DNA of 64,000 nt, taken from positions 168,268,001 through 168,332,000 of the forward strand of contig OX597815.1 of assembly GCA_951406725.2 (NCBI GenBank), read 5' to 3'. Under the pieces are notes generated by a model that was given only the letters and a program-made list of their open reading frames with translations, did not search any database and was not told where the DNA came from. Made by a program: the position numbers and the translations under genes. Origin of the DNA: Octopus vulgaris. Lineage: Eukaryota. Positions 40,944 through 53,748 of this stretch are shown one piece after another (positions within the stretch are counted from its first letter, which is position 1; each line of letters starts with the position of its first letter).

Positions 40944-42295
40944 CAGATGCCAGCACCATGTAAAAAGCACCTGTGCTGGTACCACATAAGAAAGCACCTG
41001 TGCTGGCATTGCATAGAAATGCACCCGTGCCAGTGCTACGTAAAAAGAAGCACTCACGCTGACACCATGTAAAAAGCACCCAGTACACCCTAAAGTAGTC
41101 ATCATTAGGAAGGGCATCCAGCCATAGAAACCATACCAAAACAAACAACTGCAGCCTGCAGCCCTTTGGCTTGCCAGCTTCCACCAAACCATCCAACCCA
41201 TGCCAGCATGAAAAATGGGCATTAAATGATGATGATAAGAATTTTTTATGTCTTGAATTTAAATCCTGGCAGTGTCAACTTGTCTTTGGTTCTATTTTGG
41301 AAACTATTTAATAAATCTGTCAAGTGATGGATTAATTAACTTCTTCCTCACCCAAAGCATGTGACTACTATAAGCTAAAGTTTAAAAAATCTTATTGCAT
41401 TATATATATTGTAATTTAGGGTTGCCATGAAATATATTGGCAACAACCAAGAAGCAGAGAGTCATCAAAGTTACCAAGTTCAGAGAGGCTGGTTTACAAA
41501 GTAGATACTTTTCCAATATTAAAATATGCACAAGTAGGAGTGGCTGTGTGGTAAGTAGCTTGCTTACCAACCACATGGTTCTGGGTTCAGTCCCACTGCA
41601 TGGCACCTTGGGCAAGTGTCTTCTACTATAGCCTTGGGCCAACCAAAGCCTTTTGAGTGGATTTGGTAGATGGAAACTGAAAGAAGCCCGTTGTATATAT
41701 GTATGTATGTGTGTCTGTGTTTGTCCCCCCAACATCGTTTGACAACCGATGCTGGTGTGTTTACGTCCCCGTTAGCAGTTCAGCAAAAGAGAACGATAGA
41801 ATAAGTACTAGGCTTACAAAGAATAAGTCCTGGGGTTGATTTGCTCAATTAAAGGCGGTGCTCCAGCATGGCCACAGTCACATGACTGAAACAAGTAAAA
41901 GAGTAAGTAACATACATGGTTCTTTTTCTTCTTTTTGGAGAGGAGGAGTTAGAATTTGGAAAATACATATACCAGAGTAATAATATTTTGTGAGTATTAT
42001 GCATCAGATGTCCCTTCATCAAACATTAATCATGGATGAAAGAAAAAAAAGATAAAATTCCTGCAAAAATTAAGTATTTGTCCTGAGACCAAAAGAGAAA
42101 GATAAAATTCTTTCAAAAATTGAGTATTTGGAATTAAATGCGGTTCAAATGTTCAGAAATTATGAAAATTCTTTCTCATTTAATCTCAAAAGAAGTTTGC
42201 CATCGAGAAAAATTGAGAATATTTTTTTGTTTTCCTGTTTTTAACATCAACCCTGCTAATATAGCTCCAAGTGAGTCCTTTCTAGAAATTCTTAA

Positions 42296-42471
42296 CCCTT
42301 TAGCATTTAAACCAGCCATATCTGACCAAAATATTCTACCTGCTTTATGTTCAGGCCAGACAGATCTGGCCTCTCGCACCTACCCAAAAATGTCATTCTA
42401 AAAATAAACAATCACATCATCAAAACCTATGAAATAATGCATGATGACAGAGTAATCTGAATGCTAAAGAG
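42296..42471. mobile_element. piggyBac-like MITE
   Basis: TTAA on both sides; TIRs ccctttagcatt / aatgctaaagag; absent from the 40750-40943 duplicate. Confidence 0.75.
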
Positions 42472-42515
42472 TTAAGCCTACAATTTCCAGAGGAATATAA
42501 ATTCGAAAATTTGCA

Positions 42516-42640
42516 TTAAAAATAACTATGAATCTTTTCAATAAGGTCAATAGTTTTTATAGTCAATTCTTCTGTGTCATGGACATCTCTTACTCCAAGT
42601 AATTTTTCAGAAAAGTGAAGGAGATCTTCCATAAACATTC
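42516..42640 (-). CDS. BLVRA: Biliverdin reductase A-like, terminal exon
   Basis: ttgtag|GA then MFMEDLLHFSEKLLGVRDVHDTEELTIKTIDLIEKIHSYF*; phase 1; resembles the BLVRA C-terminus. Confidence 0.7.
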
Positions 42641-43309
42641 CTACAAGGAAAAAAGAATATACAAATCATTTTTAAAACAAAATTCACATGCATACACACA
42701 CACCTTCCAATTTTGAAGGTATTGTTTGCAAATATAGTTCTAGAAATAAACATTATGTTCTAGCATTTTGGGGGAAAGTTATGCAACAATGGTTTCCTAC
42801 TTGTTTTCTTGTATTCATAATGCCAAAGGCTTTTCTTTGAAGAGGGAATACAATCTATGGTGCACTTACACTTTTCAGGAGAATTAGAGCTGTATTTAAA
42901 GTGAATTAACTACAAACGGAAATTAAAACTATGTCACAGCTAAACCAGTTCAGATCTAGTCTATTCCCAGTAGTCAATGGAGAAATTTGATTCAAAGCAC
43001 TATCTGTTGACATATTCCTCAATGAGTTTGTAAGTCCTCTTGCTACATATATTCAATGAAGCAGGTTGAGCCTGTAAGCATCAAGTGCAAGAGAGAAAAA
43101 CAAAACTAACAATCTTTTGGCTGAAGTGCCAAGACCTTCAGCTATGACATCTGTAATTCTTCTTCCAATATATCTATATATGTGTGGAAGAGCGTAGGCT
43201 CGAAACATTAAAGACTTTTTCACTTCCCGAGCGTTATACTAATACATCTGTTTGTTGCCTACACCACCTGTCTTTGTCTTTTGCTTTTTTTGTAATTCTC
43301 CCAATATCA

Positions 43310-43520
43310 TCATCATTATTTAACATCCGTTTTCCATGCTAGCATGGGTTGAACGGTTCTGACTGACGGCTGGCAACCAGATGGCTGCACCAGGCTCCAG
43401 TCTTGATCTGGCAGAGTTTCTATAGCTGGATACCCTTTCTAACGCCAACCACTCCGAGAGTGTAGTGGGTGCTTTTTACATGCCACCTGCACGGGGGCCA
43501 GTCAGGCGGTACTGGCAATG
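43310..43520 (+). mobile_element. Recurrent RTE-like 3' tail repeat beginning (CAT)n on this strand
   Basis: tttaacatccgttttccatgctagcatgggtt...ggat(a/g)cccttcctaacgccaacc; copies at 48581-48820, 40950-41235(-), 57250-57350(-), 60400-60690. Confidence 0.6.
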
Positions 43521-43821
43521 ACCTTGCTCAAATCTTTTTACACATGTGACCGACACAGGTGCCAGTGAAGCGACATTGGTAACGATCACGCTCGAATGGT
43601 GCCCTTTTATGTGCCACGGGTACAGAAGCCAGTTGGCTGCTCTGGCAATGATCACGCTCAGATGGTGTTCTTGGCACCCTACTAGCACAGGTATAAGTGC
43701 CAGTAAGGCGACGCTGGTAATGATCATACTCGGATAGCCACTCTGTCAACAATCACACTCGTATGGTGCTCTTTGCACCCTGCTAGCACGGATGCCAGTC
43801 ATCAAAATGATTTTGATTTTG

Positions 43822-43882
<61 letters not shown>

Positions 43883-43950
43883 ATATAGACAGCAGTGTGC
43901 AATGTTTTACCAAAAAGGAAAACTATAATTGTCACTAAATATGACTAGGG

Positions 43951-44364
43951 TGTTAGAAACACCTACATTGCTAGAAATAAGAGCTAAAATGTTCTAATAC
44001 TATAGTCAAAGCACATAATTGTATACATACACTGACAGGGACTATAATCACCCAAAAATACTGATCAAGAATTCCTTATACTAACTGGTCAGTTTTGCAA
44101 TTGCCTTGTCAGTAAGGACTGGCTCAACTTCAGCAGATCTCAGACTGAATTCTGTCATTAGGGAATCACTAATGTGTATACAGAAAATTGATATAGACAG
44201 TAATATGCAAAAGGAGAACTCAGTATATCATCATCATCGACATTTAACATCTGCCTTCATGCTAGTGTGGGTGGAAGTCAATATATATGTATACAGTTAT
44301 GTGCTTTGATTATAGCATTAGAGCATTTTAGCTCTTATTTCTAGCAACGTAGGTGTTTCTAACA
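43951..44364. repeat. ~80-bp inverted repeat pair (MITE-like)
   Basis: tgttagaaacacctacattgctagaaataagagctaaaatg... / ...cattttagctcttatttctagcaacgtaggtgtttctaaca. Confidence 0.7.
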
Positions 44365-44404
44365 TCTTAGTTATATTTAGCAACAATCATATATATACAT
44401 ATGC

Positions 44405-44458
<54 letters not shown>

Positions 44459-46064
44459 AGGCACGTGGCTTAGTGGTTAGTGTGTCAGCATCATGATCGT
44501 AAGATTGTGGTTTCGATTCCTGGACTGAGCGACGCATTGTGTTCTTGAGCAAAACACTTCATTTCACGTTGCTCCAGTTCACTCAGCTGGCAAAAATGAG
44601 TACCACTGCAATGGACTGGCGTCCCATCCAGCTGAGGAACACATACGCCATTGAAACCAGGAAACTGAGCCCATGAGCCTGGCTAGGCTTTAAAAGGGCG
44701 CATTTTATATTTTTATTTGATGTGTGTGTCTGTGTGTATATTTAATAACAGTTTTCATCATCTACATATGAAATAGACTCCTGCTTGAGTGACCTGTCAT
44801 CATGATCTGTCATTGTTGTTCTGTACAAATGTGACCAATTACTCATAAATATTAGTACATCATTTAACGCAGTGAACTAACAGAATTGTCAGCATGTTGG
44901 ACGAAATGCTTAGTGGAATTTCTTTAAGTTTTACGTTCTGAATTCAAATTCCGCCTACGTCAACATTGCCTCTCATTCTTTCAGAGTCAATAAAATAAGT
45001 ATCACTTAAGTACTGGGGTGGAGGGGGTAATCAACTAGTCCCCTTGTGCCTATAGTAGAAAAGATTGTTAGTGTTGAGTTCTATTTTAGTACATAATACA
45101 AAATCATGTAAGGTAAGGTTATATGTTGAAATCAGACTGCTAAAGTTACAAGTATACTATTAAACAAAATGAGCTCAAAGGAAAGAACTCAAATAAGCCA
45201 ATAACATGAATTTGAGATAAAAAAAGGTAAATGTTGACATTCAGAAAGAACTGCCACATGAATTATATAAACTGTCATCCAATAATTATAACATCCTGGA
45301 AAGATAAAAAGCAAAGTTGACCTCAGCAGTAATAGAACTCAAATGTAAAGTGCACAGCTAAAGACCACAAAGCATTATGTCCAATGCTCTAATAACAAAC
45401 ATTCATTTTGCTGTAGTAGTTAAAAATATTATTGTTTTCCTCTGAATTTTTCTAGTCTCAATCATTTTCTTTGTTAGTTAAATTTAGATTGTGCTGTGTT
45501 ATATTTTTTTTGTGTGTGTGTATCTTTGATCAGTCAGTGCTATTTCATATTTGCTTCTAACTGCAAATCAAAAGAAATGACTATTATTCCCGTCAAACTT
45601 TGCTTTTGTAATGTGGACATTGTTTTGAAACTGACCTATTTTCCATTACATTTCAGACAAACTCAGTGCTGAGTTGCTGAAGCAGAAATATCATTCATTA
45701 TAGCAAATACTCTGCTCAATACCACAGATTTGCTTGTCAGTTGCTTGACTTTAACCACTTCAACATGTCCCTTAGTAGTTTGACAATAAGTGCATTGCTG
45801 GGGTTTGAATAAATGTAACAAAAGCAAAGTTTGAAGGAAATATTAGCCATTTTTCATACTTTCTAGGAGTAAGCTAATAGGAAATAACAGTTGCTACCCA
45901 AAAACAAATATCATGTTACACAGTGTTATCTGAGAACACTATATCCAAGTATGAAAGTTTTTAAAAAAATCAATTCTGATATACAGAGATGTTATACAAT
46001 GAAATTATTATAAAAATGTTTCATCAACAGTATAAAAAAAAAGAATACAGAGGTAAACACATAC

Positions 46065-46198
46065 CGAGTCCAGATCTGGTTTTCCTTACAAGTTCTGGTG
46101 GAAGTTTATCAATAACACTCCCATCTTTAAACTTCAGGAAGTATTCTTTCTTCCAAATACCTTTTTCTTTAAACAAGAACAGTTTCACCTGAACTTTC
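46065..46198 (-). CDS. BLVRA: Biliverdin reductase A-like exon
   Basis: KVQVKLFLFKEKGIWKKEYFLKFKDGSVIDKLP; ttcag|G and G|gtatgt, phase 2/1. Confidence 0.7.
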
Positions 46199-47545
46199 CT
46201 GAATATTGAAGAAAAAAATTCAGATTGAATCAAAATGGCTAAAAACTAATGGACAAAATTGAACATAAGTTATTAGTATTTTCAGGTGATAGGAATCAAC
46301 TTTAGCAGTTCATAGACATGATATAAAATAAATAAACAAGGACACATTAACTATGCTTACCAACCACATGGTTCTGGGTTCAGTCCCACTGCATGGCACC
46401 TTGGGCAAGTGTTTTCTATTGTAGCCTCGGGCCGACCAAAGCCTTGTGAGTGGATTTGGTAGACAGGAAACTAAAAGAAGCCTGTCGTATATATGTGTAT
46501 GTGTATGTGCGTGTGCGTGTGTGTTTGTCCTCCCAACATCGCTTGACAACCGATGCTGGTGTGCTTACGTCCCCGTAACTTAGCGGTTCAGCAAAAAGAC
46601 CGATAGAAAAATTACTAGGCTTACAAAGTATAAGTCCTGGGGTCGATTTGCTCAACTAAAGGCATGGTCACAGTCAAATGACAAAAAACAAGTAAAGGAG
46701 TAAAGAGAGTAATGTAATTATGTCTTAATGCCCCTTCAATATTATCAAGATGATTTATAAATTTCCTCACTGTTCACAAACATATATAGCCAAATCAAAA
46801 ATAAACCAAAAACAAAAATGACAAAAGTGTCAAAAGGACACATACAGTGTATGTGCTAGGTTGACACTCAGTTTAAGATAGAGGAAAGAGTGGGGTGACA
46901 TTTCAAGCATCAGAAAGAGAAAAGAGGAATGGTCTGAAGAGACGGAAAAGAAAAGTCCACAAAAAGCATATGTGGTTACATGGTACACACACGCACACAC
47001 ATATCTGACATAACAACATAAAACAATATCTGTGCTTTTGTATGAATATTTCAAAATATTCATTCATACACTACTAAAATCACTGATATTGTTTTCTGTT
47101 GTTTTTCCAAATGTTTTCCTCTGTTCATCTGTTGTAGCCCATTCTGCAGTATATTCATTATTGTACTCTGACTCTGATAAGCACTGTACATGTGAATCTA
47201 CAGAGTTTAAAGCAATGTACTATTTTGAGCTCTAATATATCTGGTTATTTCTTGTACTTGAGCACCACATCATAAAGGTGTGTGTGTGTGTGCGCGCGCA
47301 CATAAAGCATCTATTTTTCTGCAGTTTGTAAAGGGACTTATTTAAGGCAACCTTTTATAATTTAATGCCCTGTGACGAATACCAGCCTCAAAAGACTGGC
47401 ATTTTTAAAATGGAGACATGATTTAAGTTCCAACATCAGTATGGTCCTGGCCAGAAACAACAAAAGAAAACTTTGTTAAATGAGATAGTACATTATTTAC
47501 ATTATTTAAAATAGACGGATATTTGTCCTCATCTTGTTTGTTGTT

Positions 47546-47591
47546 GACACAACGTTTCAGCTGATATACCCTCCAGCCTTCATCAGGTGTC
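47546..47591 (-). ncRNA. Minimal type I hammerhead ribozyme
   Basis: gacac-CTGATGA-a-ggctg(gagggtatat)cagct-GAAA-cg-TT-gtgtc. Confidence 0.8.
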
Positions 47592-47652
47592 TTGGGGAAA
47601 TTTCAAACCCGGGTTCTCATTCCTAAGGTATTTTTCGATGTTGTGTTTGTTG

Positions 47653-47699
<47 letters not shown>

Positions 47700-47703
<4 letters not shown>

Positions 47704-47768
47704 TCACTGCCTGGAATTGAATTCGGAATCTTGGGGTTAGTAGCCCGCGCTCTTAACCACTATGCCAT
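47700..47768 (-). promoter_or_regulatory. tRNA-derived internal Pol III promoter
   Basis: A-box TGGCATAGTGG, anticodon-like loop CTACTAA, B-box-like GAATTCAATTCC; not a functional cloverleaf. Confidence 0.65.
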
Positions 47769-47808
47769 ATACCTTAGGAATGAGAACTCAGGTTCGAAAT
47801 TTCCCCAA

Positions 47809-47855
47809 GACACCTGATGAAGGCTGGAGAGTATATCAGCCAAAACGTTGTATTA
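47809..47855 (+). ncRNA. Mutated hammerhead copy (GAAA>AAAA)
   Basis: gacac-CTGATGA-a-ggctg...cagcc-AAAA-cg-TT-gtatt. Confidence 0.65.
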
Positions 47856-48379
47856 ACAACAAACAAGATGAGGACAAATATCTGTGAATTGTAAATAATG
47901 TACATAATTCCTCATTTCTTAAATATAGAACTGAGACAGCACATGTTATAGGTTTTGGCTGCTCACGCTTGGATCCTATTCCTCATACAACTGACACAAT
48001 CTACTCTAAGTAGATGTCTGTTTGACAGAGTTATCTCTCTTGCAATCAGAAACTAAGATTGTGAAAAGCACACCACCAAATCATTCAACTAACCTTCCAT
48101 TTATATTGTACATACAAAATGCAATCTTATATACACCATAAAACCAAAGAAAGATCCTTATGTGGTCATACAGCCTGCTAAAAATAACTGCCAAATCTCC
48201 TTCAAATTACATCCAACTGTCTTAAAACTCAAAAGTCACATTGGAAATACACCAAAAAAAAAAGAGATGTTTATGGCACATTTGATTATATGTTGACTTG
48301 GAGCTAAACAACATCCATGACAACACCATATTTCATGAAATTTTTTCACAAATTTCTATAAATTCTAATCTTTATTACT

Positions 48380-49640
48380 TGTTGTGGCAAGAGTCACAAC
48401 ACCCCCTGTGAGAATAGACTTGACTGAATGACTATAAATAATTGTGGTCTGAGTGAGAGCAAGTGTTAATCACAGGAAATCGTAAGATGTCATTTTAGTA
48501 GTTTGTTGGAATATTGTTTGTTGGTTTGTGTATAGTTCATGGAGAGTTTGTTGAATTGTTATGCTGTTGTCAACCTGCTCCATCATCATCATCATCATCG
48601 TTTAACATCCATTTTCGATGCTAGCATGGGTTGGACGGTTCGACCGGGGTCTGGGAAGCCAGGAGGCTGCACCAGGCTCCAGTCTGATCTGGCAGTGTTT
48701 CTACAGCTGGATGCCCTTCCTAACGCCAACCACTCCGTGAGTGTAGTGGGTGCTTTTTACGTGCCACCGGCACAGGTGCCAGGGGAGGCTGGCAACGGCC
48801 ACGATCGGTTGGTGCTTTTTACATTATATGTTTATTGTAACTACACAGTTATAGAGTAAACAAGTATCATCATAAATAGTGGCAATACTACAATAATTAG
48901 CGATGAGGATTCGAAGCTCATACAGATTATTTTTTATACAAAGTTGTCAATGATGGAAGACCTATTAGCTTCTATAATACAGTTGCAAAAGCAACAGCAA
49001 GAACAGCAACAGGAGTTGCAGAAACAACTACTTCAGAAACAAGAAAAACAACAACAGTTAATGGAGTTATGTCTTAAGAAGTCTGGAAACACTGTAAGTT
49101 CATTTTCACCAGATGGCATACAAAACTCTATAACAGAATTCAATTATGACTCAGAGGATGGTATAACATTTGCAGCATACTTTAGAAGGTACTAAGAAAT
49201 CTTCAGGGAAGATTGCAAGTTGTGGACAGACAACAACAATGTAAGACTATTATTACATAAATTAGCACCAGCTGAACATGAAAAATATTGTAATTTCATA
49301 TTACCCAAAAAAACTAGTGAAATTTGTTTCCAGGAAACAGTCATACTCCTATCAAAAATATTCAGTGATAAGAATTTCCTATTTAACACTCAATGGGAGT
49401 GTTGGAATCTACTTAAAAAAGAGGATGAAGACTTTATCATATATACCGGGACCATAAACTGAATGTGCGAAAGGTTTAAACTGAATGAACTCCTGATATG
49501 TTTAAGTGCCTCATCTTTGTACAAGGGCTTATGACAAACAAGGATGCAGAGACACATGCAAGAATTCTTACAAAACAAGTGGACCAAAGTTTAACCCTGC
49601 AGGCAGTAGCAGAGGAGTATCAAAGAAAGGTAAACAAAGA
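48380..49640 (+). mobile_element. Gypsy relic: LTR (48380-48892), PBS-like site, decayed gag
   Basis: TG...CA ends, tagcgatgagg PBS-like; gag EFNYDSEDGITFAAYFRRY*EIFREDC..W...VRLLLHKL...HEKYCNFILPK. Confidence 0.75.
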
Positions 49641-49672
49641 AGGAAGGAAGGATTTGTAAGCATTTCACCTAC

Positions 49673-49850
49673 TTGTCTTCTGATGTTCTTAGGTCAGCAA
49701 TGGCTTCAAAACAATCATCCTTCTCTGTAAGTTGCCCGCCAACAGAAGTTAAATTCCCAAACAAAAATATGGCTGCTTTTATGATGCTCTGGTGTGCAAT
49801 AAAAGGTGTCTTCTCTTTGGTCATATTTTCACTCAATCTCCCCAATGAAA
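49673..49850 (-). CDS. BLVRA: Biliverdin reductase A-like exon
   Basis: VSLGRLSENMTKEKTPFIAHQSIIKAAIFLFGNLTSVGG...LRTSEDK; ccaag|TT and AA|gtaggt, phase 1/2. Confidence 0.75.
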
Positions 49851-49929
49851 CTTGGAAAGAAGAAAACACAGATGAAAGTTGTAAACATTTTAAAGATAAT
49901 CAAGAAAAGAATCATTACAATTTCATATT

Positions 49930-50400
49930 TAGAAAATACAAAATATCAATCTTATACAAATTAAAACTTGCTGTCTTCAATTCAGTTTATGCGTCTATCC
50001 TCACCAAAGATCACAAATGATGGGTAATGACCAAATGAGTATAATTGTAAATACAAGCTGCAGAAATGTGGTTCCTTCATAGGATCTCCAGAGTAACATT
50101 ACTCAATATGGCACATAACTCAAAAGTCAGGGAGCTCCTCCAGGCTGATATGCTACTTCAATACATTGATAGATCTCAGCTCAGATACTATAGACATGAG
50201 ATTAAAATGTTGCAGAATAGACAAGTTCTTCAACTAGCAGGAGACCTAGGGGTAGACCAAGAATGAGGTGGCTAGGTAGTAAACCATAGTCTCAGTCAGT
50301 CACGACTGAAAATCTAGCTGGTAGGTCTCATGATGGTTGCATCTGATAGCATCCTATGGAGGAAGATGTCTGAGGACCCTACCCACAATGACCCTCCAAA
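49930..50400 (+). pseudogene. Decayed RTE-like LINE C-terminal fragment
   Basis: KLAVFNSVYASILT...IQAAEMWFLHRI...IDRSQLRYYRH; similar relics at 25840-26110(+) and 54340-54610(-). Confidence 0.7.
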
Positions 50401-51275
50401 AAATAATGAATAAATATGGATGGATGGATGAATGGACAGATGGATGGATGAAAATTAAAATAACTCAATGCCCTAATATAGAAACATTAGTCAAGCATAA
50501 CTAACATGTTAGAATCATGCAACATCCTTTGTATTGCATGATACAGTTTGGGTGAAAATACAGTTGCGTGGGGAAGAAATTTGCTTTGCAACTTATGTGG
50601 TTTCAGGGTCAATTATATAGCATGACTCAATGGGCAACTGTCCTCTACCATAGTATGGTGTCAACTAAAGTTTTGAGAGTGAAATTTGGTAAGGATGAAA
50701 CAGCAAGAAGACCATCAAAGGGGTAGCTCTTGTTCTTGAGAGACAGGCTTAATCTATGATTTAGTTTAATACCAATATTTGCCTTTGAGTGTCTTTAACA
50801 GAGTACTTGCTGCTGCACACATTCAAATATGGAATCTATTGTGTGGTTAACTTTTTTGCTTCTTCCAATCAGTTTAAGAAGCCCTGGAAAGGACTAAATT
50901 ATTTTTTTAAATGTAAATTTGAAGACAGAGACAGTAGAGAACACCAATAAATATGGTAATCAAGGAATTATTACTGTGTTTTCAAACATACAAGTGAACA
51001 TTGTATATAGTATAAACATTCAAACATTGATGCTATCTTTCAAAATCCTGCTGCACTTCACGTGGAATTTTTGATCCTCCAAAGTTGTCTTGTGTATAAG
51101 TCAACCTACACATTTTAGTGGTAAATTTTGGCCTGAAAATTTCAACTTGAATGCTGGAAAATACAGTAAATTAGTGGTGATCATGATGGATATGCTGATG
51201 TGATGATGACAATGATGATGTGATGATGATAATGATAATGATGATGATGTTTAAAACATTAAATATTAAAATTAC

Positions 51276-51386
51276 CATGGTGGGCAAGCTGTACTTCCTG
51301 CAGAGGTGGTTTATTATCTATATCTTTTTTCAGCTCAAGCAAAGCAAGGGAAAGCAATCCAATATTTTCTTCATGAAGAACCACAC
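51276..51386 (-). CDS. BLVRA: Biliverdin reductase A-like exon
   Basis: GVVLHEENIGLLSLALLELKKDI (cf. BLVRA GKVLHEEHVELL); acag|GT and G|gtaatt. Confidence 0.85.
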
Positions 51387-52883
51387 CTGTACAATGTGAA
51401 ATTTAATAAAATACTAAAATAGTATGAAAATTGTATAAAATGGACAGGCTTTGAAAAAATAATGTGAAAATTTCTAGTGGCAAAAAAAAAAAAAAGAAAT
51501 CTAGAATTTGAAATTTCTAAAATGTTAACATAAACCTATTACATTTAATTAGTAATTAGTAATTTACATTTAATTATACATAAGTATAAGCGGAGTTGTG
51601 CAATGTATTTTTCCCAACCACATGGTTTCAGGTTCAGTTCCACTGCATGGCACCTTGGGTAACTGTCTTCTACTAGAGCCTCAGGCCAACAAAAGCCTGG
51701 TGAGAGGGTTTTGTAGATGGAAACTCAAAGAATTCTATCATATAAGCATACGCATGTGTGTGTGTGTGTGAGTGAGCATGCATGCATGTGTGTGTGCACA
51801 CGTGCGCATAGCCAGAGAAGTACATTGCTGAAATTTTATGTGATTTTTATATATAATTTTACAAAGTATACACTGGGTGCAGCATATATATATTTACCCA
51901 TTATTCATTTTATCATAAGATAAAACATTTTAGGTTTGGGTTGATAAAAGTTAATGGGCTAATTGTTATATTTACTGACAGTATTTTACACACAATTAGC
52001 ACACCAGGCAAAAAAACTTAGTGACATTTCATCCATCTTTATATTATGAGTTGAAATTCCACCGAACTCCAATTCGCCTTTCAGCTTTTCGAGATCAATA
52101 AAATAAGTACCAGTTGGGCACTGGGTTGATATAATCAGCTTACTGCCTCCCTTGAAATTGCTGGCCTTGTGCCAATATTTGAAACCAATATTTTACATAT
52201 ATTTATAATTCAAAAATATGAAGGTACATGACTCAGGGGTTAAAGCGTCAGGCACGCAATCATGAGGTAGTGAGTTCAATTCCTGAATCAGGCTGTGTGT
52301 TGTGTTCTTGAGCAAGACACTTTATTTCACATTGCTCCAGTTCACTCAGCTGTAGAAATGAGTTGCAACATCACTGGTGCAAGCTGTATTGACCATTGCC
52401 TTTCCCTTGGATAACACTGGTGGTGTGGAGAGGGAAGGCTGGTATGCATGGACGACTGCTGGTCTTTTATAAACAACCTTGCCCAGATATGTGTCTCAGA
52501 GTGTAACTTTCTTGGAGCAATCTCATGGTCATTAATGACCAAAGCAGGTCTTTACCCTTTATAAGGCAGCGAGCTGGCAGAATTGTTAGCATGACAGGCG
52601 AGATGCTTAATGGTATTTCGTCTGCCGCTACGTTCTGAATTCAAATTCTGCCAAGGTCGGCTTTGCCTTTCATCCTTTCAGGGTCAATTAAATAAGTACC
52701 AGTTACGTACTGGGATCGATATAATCGACTTAATCCGTTTGTCTGTCCTTGTTTGTCTTCTCTGTGTTTAGCCCCTTGTGAGTAGTAAAGAAATAGGTCT
52801 TTACCCTTTATAATACAAAATGGCCACCCTTTGCATAGCCCTTATTCTTTATATTTGAATACTGAGTGAATTATTATGCTTAA

Positions 52884-53338
52884 CGTAAAGTATACTAGCC
52901 ATCTCAATATGGCTAACCACTAAGGGTGGGTGTTACTGTAGCTTTTAGCCCCAGGAGATCATCGTCTCCAGCTGGCTTTAGGCACACTTTCTGTGCCCTT
53001 ATGGTATTTGCAAAGGGAGGTGATCCCTCTCTCGTATAGATATTTGCAAACAGGTCCCCTCATCGAAAACCGGTGATTGCCGTACGTTGACAAGAGGCAA
53101 ATACCTCGAAACTGCAGTCCGTGCGTATCACTTAGGTTTACGAGAGAGGGATGACCTCCCTTTGCAAATACCATAAGAGCACAGAAAGTGTGCCTAAAGC
53201 CTGCTGGAGACGATGATCTCCTCGGGCTAAAAGCTACAGTAACACCCACCCTTAGTGGTTAGCCATATTGAGATGGCTAGTATACTTTATGTTGTCGAGC
53301 GGTTACTGTTTACATCTCGTTCAGAGATTTATTATTGC
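52884..53338 (+). mobile_element. Palindromic non-coding HHR mini-element with 12-bp TSD
   Basis: ~155-bp inverted arms at 52882-53036 and 53139-53293; HHR in the spacer; tattatgcttaa at 52872-52883 and 53339-53350. Confidence 0.8.
53073..53131 (+). ncRNA. Type I hammerhead with mutated CUGACGA box
   Basis: gtgat..cgtacg-TTGACAA-gagg(caaata)cctc-GAAA-ctgcag-TC-cgtgcg.atcac. Confidence 0.65.
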
Positions 53339-53748
53339 TATTATGCTTAAATAATAGATAAATATATGCTACACTTGGTATAACTTACAATACATTGCTT
53401 CAAATGACCAAACTATTTGCAACACTAGCTTTATACCCACCCAATCAAGTGAACATGAAAACCCAAGAAACTTTGCAATCACCAGGAAATAAGACAGATA
53501 GATGAATGTAATACTAAATATTACCCTCATGAAGAATGAACCATTCAACATAAGCCAGTGATCAATGACCTTAGGACAAACGTTAAACTGATTTTTTTTT
53601 TTTCTTTTTCTGAAGAGTTTTAATAGAAGCTCTTTAACTTGAAATTGGTTGACTCCACATCTCTAAAAGTATTAAAATGATATTTTGATCTATGAATTCA
53701 ATAAAACTGAAAAGTAAAAAAGGGAAAAACAAACATAATATATAGTAC

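Larger units (their letters stand above)
47489..47931 (-). mobile_element. tRNA-head + (AAT)n + hammerhead element with an inverted copy of the HHR arm
   Basis: ~140-bp inverted repeats at 47489-47631 and 47769-47903, each with an HHR; central tRNA-like segment at 47700-47768 on the - strand. Confidence 0.8.
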
